The notes under the pieces were generated by a model, which saw only the letters and a list, made by a program, of their open reading frames with translations, was not told the DNA's origin and searched no databases. DNA of 57,174 nucleotides, from positions 1 to 57,174 of the forward strand of contig CAXTTL010000007.1 of the NCBI GenBank assembly GCA_964247135.1. Reading direction: 5' to 3'. Positions 1 to 10,009 of the stretch are shown piece by piece (the stretch's first letter is position 1; every line of letters starts with the position of its first letter). This DNA is from an uncultured Deinococcales bacterium (lineage in GTDB: Bacteria > Deinococcota > Deinococci > Deinococcales > JAAFIG01). The translations under genes were made by a program, and so were the position numbers.

Positions 1-1
1 A

Positions 2-748
2 ATGGACATTCGATTTGACCAAAAAACCGTGATCGTCACCGGCGCAGCGCACGGCTTTGGTCGCGCCATCGCCCATGCCTTCTCGAGCCTTGGAGCACAG
101 GTTTACGCCTGGGATTTGATCGCGGCAGAACTCGAGGAAACAAAATCAAACGCCGAAGGTCACTGCGAGGTCAAGGCTGTGGACGTGACGAATTTTGAAG
201 CCGTGCAAGATGCGGCTCGAGCCATTGGGCAGGTTGATATTCTGGTCAACAACGCGGGTGGTGTGCTGGGGCAGGTCGGCAAGCCGCTCGAGCTGGTCAC
301 GCCCAAAGAGTGGAACGACATTGTGGCGGTGAATTTGAGCGCCGCGTTTTACACGGCGCAAGCGGTTGCCCCTGGCATGAAAGCCGCAAACTGGGGGCGG
401 ATCATCAACATCTCGAGCGGTGCGGGTTTGGGTCCGAGTTTGACGGGCATTCAAGCCTATGCCAGCGCCAAGGCGGGACTGGTCAATTTAACGCGGCAAC
501 TCTGTCACGAACTGGGGACGTGGAACATCACGGTCAATTGTGTTGCGCCAGGTTTTGTACGATCCAACCCGACCACCGAAAAACAGTGGCAGTCTTACGG
601 CGCAGATGGGCAAAAGCAATTGCTCGAGAACATCGCCCTCAAGCGCCTCGGCACAGCTTCGGACATTGCGAACGGCGTGCTGTTTTTCGCTTCCGATATG
701 GCGGCTTGGGTCAGCGGTCAGGTGCTCAGTGTGGACGGTGGAAAATGA
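2..748 (+). CDS. SDR family NAD(P)-dependent oxidoreductase (FabG-like)
   Basis: TGAAHGFG Rossmann motif, NNAG, YASAK catalytic motif; stop overlaps next ATG (ATGA). Confidence 0.92.
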   Translation: MDIRFDQKTVIVTGAAHGFGRAIAHAFSSLGAQVYAWDLIAAELEETKSNAEGHCEVKAVDVTNFEAVQDAARAIGQVDILVNNAGGVLGQVGKPLELVTPKEWNDIVAVNLSAAFYTAQAVAPGMKAANWGRIINISSGAGLGPSLTGIQAYASAKAGLVNLTRQLCHELGTWNITVNCVAPGFVRSNPTTEKQWQSYGADGQKQLLENIALKRLGTASDIANGVLFFASDMAAWVSGQVLSVDGGK

Positions 749-2286
749 CAAATCTCGAGAAGTATCAGGATTTTAAGGAGTACATGGCGGGTGTCAGCGA
801 CATCCTCAACACGATGAACATTTTAAATTGGGATGCCCGCACCCAAATGCCGACGGGGAGCAATGTCTCTCGAGGGTTTCAACTTGCCACGCTCTCTGGG
901 TTGGCGCAAGAAAAACTGGTGGCAGACAAGTTGCAACAACTGCTGGGTGATGCCGAACGTGAAACCTCGAGCCTGAGTGATGATGGCATTGAACGTCGCA
1001 GCTTGCAGGCGGTGCGTGAAGCCAGCGAACTTTTTCGTCGCACCCCCGAACGCCTCACCCGCGAGATGGCGCAACTGCGTGCCGAAGCCCAGCCGTGTTG
1101 GGGAGAGGCTCGAGCCAAAAATGATTTTGCAATGTTTGCCCCGATGCTCGAGCGCACGATTGGGCTGCAACGCGAGTTGGCTGAAATCATTGGGTACAGC
1201 GAGCATCCTTACGACGCGCTGGTTTCCCTGTACGAACCTGACATGACGCGAGCCAAACTCCAGGATTTGTTCACGCAACTCAAAGCCCGAAGCCTGCCCT
1301 TGCTCGAGCGCATCCGCAATGCCGAGCCGCCCCGTGACGATTTTTTGAGGCGCGAATTTCCATTGGGGCAGCAACGGGCTTTTGGACTCGAGGTGGCACA
1401 AGCTTTTGGTTATGACCTCGAGCGCGGACGCTTGGACACGTCATTGCACCCCTTTGAAATTTCGTTCACCCGCGACGATGTACGCATCACCACGCGTTAC
1501 CAGACCAATTTTTTGACCATGAGCTTGTTTGGCACGTTGCACGAAACCGGTCACGCGCTTTACGAACAGGGCGTGTCGCCTGCACTGTCGCGCACGGCGC
1601 TGACCAGCGATTTGCCTGGGTTGTACGCGGTGGGCGGAGCCAGTTTTGGCACGCACGAAAGCCAATCCAGACTCTGGGAGAACCTGATTGGGCGCTCGAG
1701 GATGTTTTGGCAGCACTGGTATCCAAGGCTTAGTGAAACCTTCAAATCGCAACTCGAGGATGTTGACCTCGAGACCTTTCACCGCGCCGTCAACCGCGTC
1801 AGCCCAAGCCTGATTCGGGTCGAAGCCGATGAGATCACCTACAACTTGCACATCATGTTGCGCGTCGAACTCGAGGCGGCATTGATCGACGGGTCTTTGA
1901 GCGTGTCGGAATTGCCTGCCGCCTGGAATGCCAAAATGCGGGAGTACCTGGGCATCACGCCGCCCGATGATGCTCGAGGGGTGCTGCAAGACATTCACTG
2001 GTCGGCGGGTTATTTTGGTTCGTTTCCGACCTACACAATTGGCAACGTCATGGCATCACAATTTTTTGCGGCGGCTCGAGCGCAAGTTCCCAACCTGGAG
2101 GCTTCGCTCGAGGCTGGCGATTACGCGCCTTTGCGCGACTGGTTGACCGAGCACATCTACCAGCACGGCAGGCGTTTTCGTCCGCAAGAATTGTTACAAC
2201 GCGCCACGGGTCACGGACTCGATGCCGAACCTTACCTCGAATACCTCGAGACCAAATTTTCTGGCTTGTACCAACTCGAGGTTTGA
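745..2286 (+). CDS. Carboxypeptidase, M32 (Taq-like) family
   Basis: HPF, HETGH (HExxH), HESQSRLWEN, IRVEADE and GVLQDIHW motifs; true start taken as ATG 745, coupled to the SDR stop. Confidence 0.93.
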   Translation: MTNLEKYQDFKEYMAGVSDILNTMNILNWDARTQMPTGSNVSRGFQLATLSGLAQEKLVADKLQQLLGDAERETSSLSDDGIERRSLQAVREASELFRRTPERLTREMAQLRAEAQPCWGEARAKNDFAMFAPMLERTIGLQRELAEIIGYSEHPYDALVSLYEPDMTRAKLQDLFTQLKARSLPLLERIRNAEPPRDDFLRREFPLGQQRAFGLEVAQAFGYDLERGRLDTSLHPFEISFTRDDVRITTRYQTNFLTMSLFGTLHETGHALYEQGVSPALSRTALTSDLPGLYAVGGASFGTHESQSRLWENLIGRSRMFWQHWYPRLSETFKSQLEDVDLETFHRAVNRVSPSLIRVEADEITYNLHIMLRVELEAALIDGSLSVSELPAAWNAKMREYLGITPPDDARGVLQDIHWSAGYFGSFPTYTIGNVMASQFFAAARAQVPNLEASLEAGDYAPLRDWLTEHIYQHGRRFRPQELLQRATGHGLDAEPYLEYLETKFSGLYQLEV

Positions 2287-2295
2287 ACGCCGTGC

Positions 2296-3225
2296 TCAAG
2301 TTTCGTGAATTGCCACATACACACCGTCAGGGCGAATCCAACCGCGATACATGCCTTCGGTGTTGTACGGCAGCATCACATTGCCGTCACGGTCTATGGC
2401 GCAAGCCCCAGCCCCGTTGTCCAGCCGCACCATCTCGCCGTGAATCAAATCGTTTATTGCCGCCTCGAGCGTCATGTTTTGATAGAGCATTCGGGCATGA
2501 ACCTCGTGACCAAAGGACAGACGGATGAACAACTCACCCTTGCCCGTGCCCGAAATCGCGCAGGTGCGATCATCCGCCCAGGTGCCCGCCCCAATGATCG
2601 GTGAGTCGCCCACGCGTCCAGCGGGTTTGGCGGTGTACCCGCCCGTCGAGGTGGCTGCCGCCAGATGCCCGTGGACATCCAGGGCGACCGCGCCCACTGT
2701 GCCGTGCTTGTCACGTTCAGACACGGGTTTGACGTTGCCTGTGGTCTCGCGCTCGAGCATCAACGCCAGCGATTCGCGGCGCGAGGCGGTGGTGAAATGC
2801 GAGTTTTCGACCATCTCAAAACCATGCGCCGCCGCCCAGTCGTCGGCGGCTTGGGCAATCAACAACAACGGGTCAGATTTTCCCATCAAGGCTCGAGCCA
2901 CGCGCACCGGATTGCGAATGCGTTTTGCTCCCGCGACCGCTCCCGCCCGCCCCGTCGCGCCGTCCATCAACGAGGAATCAAGCTCGTGGACACCATCACG
3001 GTTGAGCGCCGCACCAAAACCCGCGTTGAACACTGGGTCATCCTCGAGAATCACCACGCTCTCCATAACCGCGTCAAAGGCGTTGCCGCCCGCTTTGAGC
3101 ACCGCAAAACCAGCCTCGAGTGCCTTGCGCACGCCTGCTCGGGCGGCTTGGTTTAGGGCAGGGGTCAGTTCGGCTTTGGGGATCGCACCGCAACCACCGT
3201 GAATGGCAAGAACAGGTTCACGCAT
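2296..3225 (-). CDS. iaaA: Isoaspartyl peptidase/L-asparaginase (Ntn hydrolase)
   Basis: AIHGGCG N-terminus, GTVGAVA nucleophile site, AATSTGG, GRVGDSPIIGAG. Confidence 0.92.
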   Translation of the reverse strand: MREPVLAIHGGCGAIPKAELTPALNQAARAGVRKALEAGFAVLKAGGNAFDAVMESVVILEDDPVFNAGFGAALNRDGVHELDSSLMDGATGRAGAVAGAKRIRNPVRVARALMGKSDPLLLIAQAADDWAAAHGFEMVENSHFTTASRRESLALMLERETTGNVKPVSERDKHGTVGAVALDVHGHLAAATSTGGYTAKPAGRVGDSPIIGAGTWADDRTCAISGTGKGELFIRLSFGHEVHARMLYQNMTLEAAINDLIHGEMVRLDNGAGACAIDRDGNVMLPYNTEGMYRGWIRPDGVYVAIHET

Positions 3226-3303
3226 TAAAGCACCTCAATCTTTGAAATCAAGCTACCCTTATCCTAACGCGACTCGAGCCACATATTTTCGGGAGGTATC
3301 AGC

Positions 3304-4098
3304 ATGAGCAACACCAGGTTGAACGGGCAGGTCAGCATCGTCACGGGCGCGGCGGGCGGCATCGGACGTGCCATCGCGCTGGCAATGGCGGCGGCTGGCG
3401 CTCGGGTGATCGTTTCCGATGTGCGTGAAGCTGAAGGCGAGCAAAGTGTCAAGTTGATTCAAACGGCTGGCGGCGAGGCGCATTTTGTGGCTTGCGACGT
3501 GTCCAATTCAGAACAAACCAGGCATTTGATCCAAGCAGCCCTCGAGCATTTCGGGCAGTTGGATGTGCTGGTCAACAACGCGGGCATCTCGGGCGGCTCG
3601 AGTTTGGCGCATGAACTCGAGGTTGAAACTTGGGATCGGGTCATGGCGGTCAACCTGCGCGGACCGTTTTTGTGCGCCAAATATGCGATTCCGCATTTGA
3701 TGGCTGGCAGCGCCATCGTCAATGTCGCCTCGACCTACGGTTTGATCGGAGCGCCGCTGGCAGCAGCGTATTGCGCCTCAAAAGCTGGGGTCGTGAACCT
3801 GACGCGGCAATTGGCGGTGGATTACGGCGCGAGGGGCATTCGGGTCAACGCGATTTGCCCAGGGTATGTGGACACCGACATGGGCGGTCACCGCGCCAGC
3901 CTGCCCGCTGAACAATCTGCCGCCGCCAATGCCCGCCGCGAGGCGAATGCGGCGCTGCAACCCATCGGCAGACAAGCCCAGGCGCTCGAGATTGCGCGGG
4001 TGGCGGTGTTTCTGGCGTCTGATGAAAGTTCGTTCATGACGGGTTCGATTGTCACCGTGGACGGAGGTTGTACGGCAACGTTTAATCACGGAAATTGA
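3304..4098 (+). CDS. SDR family oxidoreductase
   Basis: TGAAGGIG, NNAG, YCASK; GGAGG RBS upstream. Confidence 0.92.
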   Translation: MSNTRLNGQVSIVTGAAGGIGRAIALAMAAAGARVIVSDVREAEGEQSVKLIQTAGGEAHFVACDVSNSEQTRHLIQAALEHFGQLDVLVNNAGISGGSSLAHELEVETWDRVMAVNLRGPFLCAKYAIPHLMAGSAIVNVASTYGLIGAPLAAAYCASKAGVVNLTRQLAVDYGARGIRVNAICPGYVDTDMGGHRASLPAEQSAAANARREANAALQPIGRQAQALEIARVAVFLASDESSFMTGSIVTVDGGCTATFNHGN

Positions 4099-4361
4099 TT
4101 GGTCAAACGTCGTGGAAACGCTGACACGTTGAGGGCGACTGAGCCACAAACATGTTGCTCGAGATGCTTCTCTCAAATCCTTTTTGAACCAGTGGGTCAC
4201 GGGTTCAAATTCTGCACGAGGTATCTCGAGAAAAGCACTTGAACCAATTGAGGGTTTGTTAAGCGCGCCGTTACGAAACCCAAATATCAAAGTTCAAAAC
4301 CAGACCACAATGCCCACGGCTCAATTTCTCGACAGCAAAATTAAATCCCAGCAAACGGCGA

Positions 4362-4403
4362 ACTTAACTGGCTGACATTGACATGATGAACAACCAGTTA
4401 AGT
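4362..4403. promoter_or_regulatory. 10-bp inverted repeat (ACTTAACTGG-N22-CCAGTTAAGT) enclosing a TTGACA hexamer; candidate operator/promoter of the peptide ABC operon
   Basis: Arms at 4362-4371 and 4394-4403; TTGACA at 4378; 35 bp upstream of the SBP start. Confidence 0.45.
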
Positions 4404-4437
4404 AACACGATTGTGCAAATGAACCAGGGGGATTTTC

Positions 4438-5955
4438 ATGAAACGTTTTGTGATGGCAGGAATGGTACTCGCGGGTCTGGCTGGGTCGCTGATTGGCATG
4501 GCGCAACAACGCCCCAACGAACTGCGCGTGGCGCTGGCGAACGACCCCAAATCCTTGTTCATGCCGCGCACGGCGGACCGCACGGCAGGCAATGCCGCCT
4601 CGGGTTTGTACAACTCGCTGGTCTGGATCAACGATGAGGGCGACGTTGTGCCAGCGCTCGCCAGCAAGTGGACGGTTTCACCGGACGGCAAAGACTACAC
4701 GTTTACCTTGCGGCGCGGCGTGAAGTTTCACAACGGCGAGACGTTTGACGCGCAAAGCGTGATGGCAACCTGGGAGACGGGCAAGGACAAATCCAACGAT
4801 TACGCCGATGCCTACGCTGTGGTGAAAAGTGTCACCGCCGTCAACGCCTATCAGGTCAAACTCAGCCTCGCCGAACCCGATGCGCTGTTCATGAGCACCG
4901 TGGCAAACTTTTGGGCTGCCGTGCCGCCCAAGTACATCAAAACCGTGGGGCTGGATAAATTTGCCGCCAGTCCTGTCGGCACGGGTCCGTTCAAGTTCGT
5001 GCAGCGCAGCTCTGGTGATCGCATCGAACTCGAGGCGAACAAGGATTATTGGGAGAAGGGTTTGCCCAAGCTGGATCGCGTGACCTTCCGCATTATTCCC
5101 GACCCGACCACGCGGCTTGCAGCCGTCAAGGCGGGTGACATTGACATCGCCAACCGTTTGACCCCCGATCTGGTCAGCCAACTTCAGGGCGCGAGCAACG
5201 TCAAGGTCATCAATTACGCCAACGACCGCGTTTATTATGTCGCGTTTAAGAACATTGGCAACGGCAAAGGCACGCCGCTCGAGGACAAGCGCGTGCGTCA
5301 GGCGCTGAACTTTGCGGTCAACCGTCCTGGCATGGTGAAATCGATTTTTAACGGTCAAGCCAATTTGATTTCAGGTTTTCTGGTTGCTGGCAACCTCGGC
5401 TTTGACAAGAACCTGCCAGCCTATGCCTACGACCCAGAACGCGCCAAGAAATTGCTCGCCGACGCCGGTTATGCCAAGGGCTTCTCGATCAGCATGGGTT
5501 GCCCGACGGACGCCTACGTCAACATCAACGAGGTCTGTCTCAGCGTCCAACGCGATCTCGAGAAGGTCGGGGTCGATGTCAGCCTCGAGTTTAAAACCTC
5601 GAACGCCTACTGGAGCAAAGCCAATTACGGCGCGGTCGGACCGATGTTCGTCGATTCCTGGTCTTCAACCGTCGGCGAGGCACTGCCGCGCCTGACGGGC
5701 GCGTTGATTCCCAGCAATTTTTACGGCGCTTGGGACGATCAGGATTTGGTCAAACAAATCAACGCAATCCGCACCACGATTGACCGCAAGGCTCGAGCCA
5801 AACTCTACAGCAATTTGCAAAAAACCATGTACGACGACCCACCGTTTATTTACCTCTACCAACCCGTGATCTTCGAGGCAACCTCGAGCCGTGTGCAGGA
5901 TTACCAACCGCGTTCGGCAGAGGAATACTTCTTGAAAAACGTGAGCCTGAAGTGA
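4438..5955 (+). CDS. ABC transporter peptide-binding protein (family 5, DppA/OppA-like)
   Basis: Signal peptide; YTFTLRRGVKFHNG, PVGTGPF, DKRVRQAL motifs. Confidence 0.93.
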   Translation: MKRFVMAGMVLAGLAGSLIGMAQQRPNELRVALANDPKSLFMPRTADRTAGNAASGLYNSLVWINDEGDVVPALASKWTVSPDGKDYTFTLRRGVKFHNGETFDAQSVMATWETGKDKSNDYADAYAVVKSVTAVNAYQVKLSLAEPDALFMSTVANFWAAVPPKYIKTVGLDKFAASPVGTGPFKFVQRSSGDRIELEANKDYWEKGLPKLDRVTFRIIPDPTTRLAAVKAGDIDIANRLTPDLVSQLQGASNVKVINYANDRVYYVAFKNIGNGKGTPLEDKRVRQALNFAVNRPGMVKSIFNGQANLISGFLVAGNLGFDKNLPAYAYDPERAKKLLADAGYAKGFSISMGCPTDAYVNINEVCLSVQRDLEKVGVDVSLEFKTSNAYWSKANYGAVGPMFVDSWSSTVGEALPRLTGALIPSNFYGAWDDQDLVKQINAIRTTIDRKARAKLYSNLQKTMYDDPPFIYLYQPVIFEATSSRVQDYQPRSAEEYFLKNVSLK

Positions 5956-6016
5956 TGTTGACGGGCGGTATTGCGGCGGGTTTTGACACGGTGCAATACT
6001 GCCCACCGAGACGATC

Positions 6017-6934
6017 ATGGCGCGTTATTTAGGCTGGCGGGTTTGGCAGTCGCTCTTGCTGGTCTTCGGGGCGCTGGTGATCGTGTTCTTCATGGTGCGC
6101 CTGACCGGCGATCCCGCCGCCTTGATGCTGCCCAAAGAAGCCTCCAATGAGGCTCGAGCGGCGTTTCGTCACGGGTTGGGTTTGGATCGACCGCTGATCG
6201 CGCAGTTTGGACAGTACGTCTCCAAAGTCGCGCAGGGCAATCTGGGCGAATCCTTGCGCTCACGCTCGGCAAACCTGGGCTTGATCCTCGAGCGACTTCC
6301 AGCCACGCTCGAGTTGGCGTTTGCGGCGCTGGGTGTGGCGCTCCTTTTTGCCATTCCGCTCGGGTTGATGGCGGGTTTAAGACCTGGCTCGGTGCTGGAT
6401 TTTTTGGCGCAGGCACTCGCTTTCGCGGGGCAGATCGTGCCGAGTTTTGTGCTGGCGATGCTGCTGATTTTGCTGTTCGCCGTGCAATTGCGCTGGTTGC
6501 CGACCTTTGGGCGCGACTCGCTGGCATCCCTGGTCTTGCCCGCCTTGGCGCTCGGCTTTGCGGGCTTCGGACAGTTGTTGCGCCTAACCCGAGCCGCCAC
6601 GCTCGAGGTGAGGCAATCCGATTTTGTCCGCACCGCCACTGCCAAAGGACTGAAATCGGTGCAGGTCGCCTGGCGCCACGTGCTGCCCAACGCGATCATT
6701 CCCGTGCTGTCGGTGGCAGGGGTGCAATTCACGTATCTACTCGGCGGCAGCGTTTACATCGAAACCATTTTTGCCTGGCCAGGACTCGGCAACCTTTTGA
6801 GCGACGCGATTCATGACAGCGATTTTCCGCTGGTGCAGGCGATCACGATTTTGGTTTCAGTCATCGCCATTGTGGTTCAACTGCTGACCGATGCCCTCTA
6901 CCTCTTGATCGACCCTCGAATCCAGCACGCCTGA
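6017..6934 (+). CDS. Peptide ABC transporter permease (DppB-like)
   Basis: GLDRPL, ERLPATLEL, IETIFAWPGLG, DPRI; multiple TM segments. Confidence 0.92.
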   Translation: MARYLGWRVWQSLLLVFGALVIVFFMVRLTGDPAALMLPKEASNEARAAFRHGLGLDRPLIAQFGQYVSKVAQGNLGESLRSRSANLGLILERLPATLELAFAALGVALLFAIPLGLMAGLRPGSVLDFLAQALAFAGQIVPSFVLAMLLILLFAVQLRWLPTFGRDSLASLVLPALALGFAGFGQLLRLTRAATLEVRQSDFVRTATAKGLKSVQVAWRHVLPNAIIPVLSVAGVQFTYLLGGSVYIETIFAWPGLGNLLSDAIHDSDFPLVQAITILVSVIAIVVQLLTDALYLLIDPRIQHA

Positions 6935-6941
6935 AAGCGCC

Positions 6942-7841
6942 ATGACCCCGATTTCAACCTCAAATCCAGTGACCTCGTCGAGCCGCCAAGTGAAACCCGT
7001 CAGGCGCTGGCGTTTTCGCTGGCACGACCTGGGTGGCATTGTTGGGGCGAGCATCATCGTGTTGCTGATTTTACTGGCGATCTTTGCGCCATTGATCGCG
7101 CCGCACCCGCCGACGGAGGGAAGCTTGGACATTGCCAAGCTTCCCCCCGTTTGGCAACTGGGCGGCACAAGTACGCACCTGCTCGGCACGGACGCACTGG
7201 GTCAAGACATCCTCTCGAGGTTGATGTACGGCACTCGAGTCTCTTTGGTGGTCGGTTTGGGCGGTGTTTCGCTGGCGGTGCTGATCGGCGCGAGCCTGGG
7301 TTTGATCGCGGGTTACAGGGGCGGCTGGTTGGATGCGCTTGTGACGGGTTTGATCAATCTGATTTTGTCTGTGCCGTATTTGATTCTGGTGATCGTGGTG
7401 GCTTCGGTCTTGGGACGCAGTTTGCTGAATGTGGTCTTGCTGTTCGGTGTGACGGGTGCGCCAGTCTTTGCGCGTTTGGTGCGCGGCGAGGTCTTGCGTT
7501 TGCGCAACCAACCGTACCTCGAGGCGGCGCGAAGTCTTGGCTGCGGGGATGCTCGAATTGTCTTGCAGCATATTTTGCCGAACCTGGCTGGCTCGCTCCT
7601 GACCCTGGCGGCATTTGAAACCAGCGCCATGATTTTTTACGAGGCGGGACTGGGCTTTCTGGGCTTGAGCGTCCCGCCCGAAGTGCCGAGTTGGGGCAAC
7701 ATGCTCGCGCTGGGACGCCCGTTGCTTTTGGTTTATCCCTGGATGGCACTGTGCCCATCGCTGGCAATCGCTTTTGCCGCGTTGGGGGTAAACCTGTTCG
7801 GCGAATGGTTGCGCATTCGATTTGACCCGCGAAGAACTTAA
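6942..7841 (+). CDS. Peptide ABC transporter permease (DppC-like)
   Basis: HLLGTDALGQDILSRL, EAARSLG, HILPN, PSWGNML. Confidence 0.92.
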   Translation: MTPISTSNPVTSSSRQVKPVRRWRFRWHDLGGIVGASIIVLLILLAIFAPLIAPHPPTEGSLDIAKLPPVWQLGGTSTHLLGTDALGQDILSRLMYGTRVSLVVGLGGVSLAVLIGASLGLIAGYRGGWLDALVTGLINLILSVPYLILVIVVASVLGRSLLNVVLLFGVTGAPVFARLVRGEVLRLRNQPYLEAARSLGCGDARIVLQHILPNLAGSLLTLAAFETSAMIFYEAGLGFLGLSVPPEVPSWGNMLALGRPLLLVYPWMALCPSLAIAFAALGVNLFGEWLRIRFDPRRT

Positions 7842-7919
7842 CACCAACCTCACTGAACGGCGATGGACACGAATTTAGGCTTGCACGGCTTCTCGAGAAT
7901 TGGTTTTGATTGAGGTTGA

Positions 7920-8792
7920 TTATCGCAAGCCCGATTTCATAAACGATTCGATGATTTGTTTTTGCAGCACCAAATACAGCAGCAAAATCGGCAAACTGGC
8001 AAGGCTTGCCGCCGCCATCAGCGAACCCCACTGGTCGCCTTCCTGGGTTAAAAACATTTGCAAACCGATCTGCACCACCGCATTCTCGAGGTTGCGGGTG
8101 ACCAGCAGTGGCCAGAAATACTCGTTCCAGCCAGAAATAAACAGCAAAATTGCCAGTGACGCCAAACTGGCGCGAAGGTTGGGAACGATCACGCGCCACA
8201 GGATCGACCAGTCGTTTGCCCCGTCAATTCTTGCGGCATCGATCAATTCTTGCGGGAAGGCTTTCAGGCTTTGAAACAACAGCATGACCGCAAACGCCGA
8301 GGCGAATTGCGGCACGACAATCGCGGTGAGGGTGTCCAACCAGCCGAAGCTCGAGATTAAAACATAATTGGGAATCATCGTGACTTGAAACGGTACGAGC
8401 CAGGTCAGCGCAAACAAAGCCAGCAAGAGCTTGTCGGCGAAAAACCGCCAACGGGCAAAAGCGTAGGCTGCCAGGATCGAGGTCAGCAATTGAAAGGCGG
8501 TCAGCAGGCTTGCCACGAGCAGGGTGTTGAAGAGCATTCGGGCAATCGGAATCGTGTTCCAAACCGCTCGGTAATTCTCGAGCGACGGTGCAACAGGAAA
8601 CAGGCTGCTCGAGAACACATCGTTGGCGGGTCGCAGGCTGGTAACAACCATCCAGTACACAGGAAACAACGCCAGCAGGCTTAAGACGATCAGCAACACA
8701 TGACCCGCAACTTGACCAATCCCAAAACCCGAGCGCGTCGAAGTGGTTTGGGTTTTGGGAGTCTCGAGTTTTGTGGTGCTTGGAAACATCAT
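7920..8792 (-). CDS. Carbohydrate/glycerol-phosphate ABC permease (UgpE/MalG-like)
   Basis: ELIDAARIDGA EAA loop, WNEYFWPLL. Confidence 0.9.
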   Translation of the reverse strand: MMFPSTTKLETPKTQTTSTRSGFGIGQVAGHVLLIVLSLLALFPVYWMVVTSLRPANDVFSSSLFPVAPSLENYRAVWNTIPIARMLFNTLLVASLLTAFQLLTSILAAYAFARWRFFADKLLLALFALTWLVPFQVTMIPNYVLISSFGWLDTLTAIVVPQFASAFAVMLLFQSLKAFPQELIDAARIDGANDWSILWRVIVPNLRASLASLAILLFISGWNEYFWPLLVTRNLENAVVQIGLQMFLTQEGDQWGSLMAAASLASLPILLLYLVLQKQIIESFMKSGLR

Positions 8793-8802
8793 GTCCTTTT
8801 AA

Positions 8803-8949
8803 GAGGGTGTTGATGAAGATTTCTCGAGCGAGGCTCTAAGCTATAAGCTTTAAGCTATAAGCCGTAAAGCACTGTTCCTTAGAGCTTATAGCCAAAACAA
8901 AATCAAACCCTGAGCACTTTTTTCCACTGTGGACTTCATAAACATCCTC
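8803..8949. mobile_element. 147-bp non-autonomous MITE with 16-bp imperfect TIRs and 3-bp TAA target duplication
   Basis: Left GAGGGTGTTGATGAAG (8803-8818) vs reverse complement of the right end GAGGATGTTTATGAAG (8934-8949), 14/16 identical; TAA at 8800-8802 and 8950-8952; internal GCT(A/C/T)TAA heptamer repeats. Confidence 0.7.
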
Positions 8950-9878
8950 TAAGTTTCGTAAATCGCAAAGCGGTTAATGAGGCGCAATCCAACAAAGGCA
9001 AGCACGCCAAAACCAACAAACAACAACACCGCCCCAGCCGAACTCCAACCGATGGCAAAACTGCCAAAACCGTATTCGTAAAGCAAATGGTAAATGTTGG
9101 TGGTGGCATTGCGCGGACCACCTTGGGTTAAGACATTGATGTAAGCAAAACTCCACTGCGAACCCAGCAAGACGGTCAGCATCGTGATAAACAAGACCGT
9201 GGGCGAGATCAGCGGCAAGGTGATGCGCCTGGTGATCTGCCATTCGCTCGCGCCGTCCAGCCGTGCCGCCTCGAGGTAACTGCGGTCCACGTTGGCGATG
9301 GCTGCCGAAAAAATCAGGGTCGAAAAACCGACCAACTTCCAACCGGTGATGAAGATGATCGTCCAAATGGCCCAGTTTTCGTCGCGCAAAAAGTTGATCG
9401 GCTCGAGTTTGAGGGCGGTAAAAACCTCGAAGGCAATGCCTTGCACGGGGTTGAGCAACCAACGCCAGATGATCGCAACCACCACCGGAGCCATGATCAT
9501 CGGCATAAAAATCAATGCTCGGTAGATATTTCTGGCGCGTCCCTGAATGCCCTCGGTGAAAATCGCCACCACCAACGGCAACACGACTGCCATCGGCACA
9601 ATTCCCAGAATATAAATGACGGTGTTCCAGAGTGCTTGATGCACCTCGGGAAGCTCGAGAATACGGCTAAAATTCTGCCAACCAACAAAGGTTTTGGGGC
9701 TGCTCGGCAAGAGATTCCACTCAAAAAATGACAACTCGAGCGTTTGAAACAGCGGTTTGTAAACCCAAATTCCAATGGTCAACAGGGCTGGAATCAGGTA
9801 CAGGTAAGGCGTCAGGGAAGCCCAAACATTTCGCCGTTTGGTGGTGGGCAATGCAAAACGCAACTGAGCTGATCGCAT
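8949..9878 (-). CDS. Carbohydrate/glycerol-phosphate ABC permease (UgpA/MalF-like)
   Basis: FVGWQNF, YLEAARLDGA, TQGGPRNAT. Confidence 0.9.
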   Translation of the reverse strand: MRSAQLRFALPTTKRRNVWASLTPYLYLIPALLTIGIWVYKPLFQTLELSFFEWNLLPSSPKTFVGWQNFSRILELPEVHQALWNTVIYILGIVPMAVVLPLVVAIFTEGIQGRARNIYRALIFMPMIMAPVVVAIIWRWLLNPVQGIAFEVFTALKLEPINFLRDENWAIWTIIFITGWKLVGFSTLIFSAAIANVDRSYLEAARLDGASEWQITRRITLPLISPTVLFITMLTVLLGSQWSFAYINVLTQGGPRNATTNIYHLLYEYGFGSFAIGWSSAGAVLLFVGFGVLAFVGLRLINRFAIYET

Positions 9879-9889
9879 GGGATTCCCTT

Positions 9890-10000
9890 GGGGCTTGTTG
9901 ATGAAGGCTTCTCAAGCAGGGCTATAAGCTATAAGCTCCAAGCAAAAACGTTGTTCCTTAGAGCTTATAGCTTGAAGCTTATAGCCAAAAGAACACCCTT
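9890..10000. repeat. Degenerate relative of the 8803-8949 element; heptamer-based (GCTATAA/TTATAGC) stem-loop
   Basis: TGTTGATGAAG..TTCTC.AGC, GCTATAAGCTATAAGCTC and TGTTCCTTAGAGCTTATAGC blocks shared with the first copy; AACACCCT at 9992-9999 matches the TIR core. Confidence 0.65.
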
Positions 10001-10009
10001 CACTCGAGC

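Noticed and set aside
310-744. N-terminal extension of the 658-aa ORF
   Set aside because: It overlaps the SDR in another frame; M32 homology starts at ATG 745, which is coupled to the SDR stop
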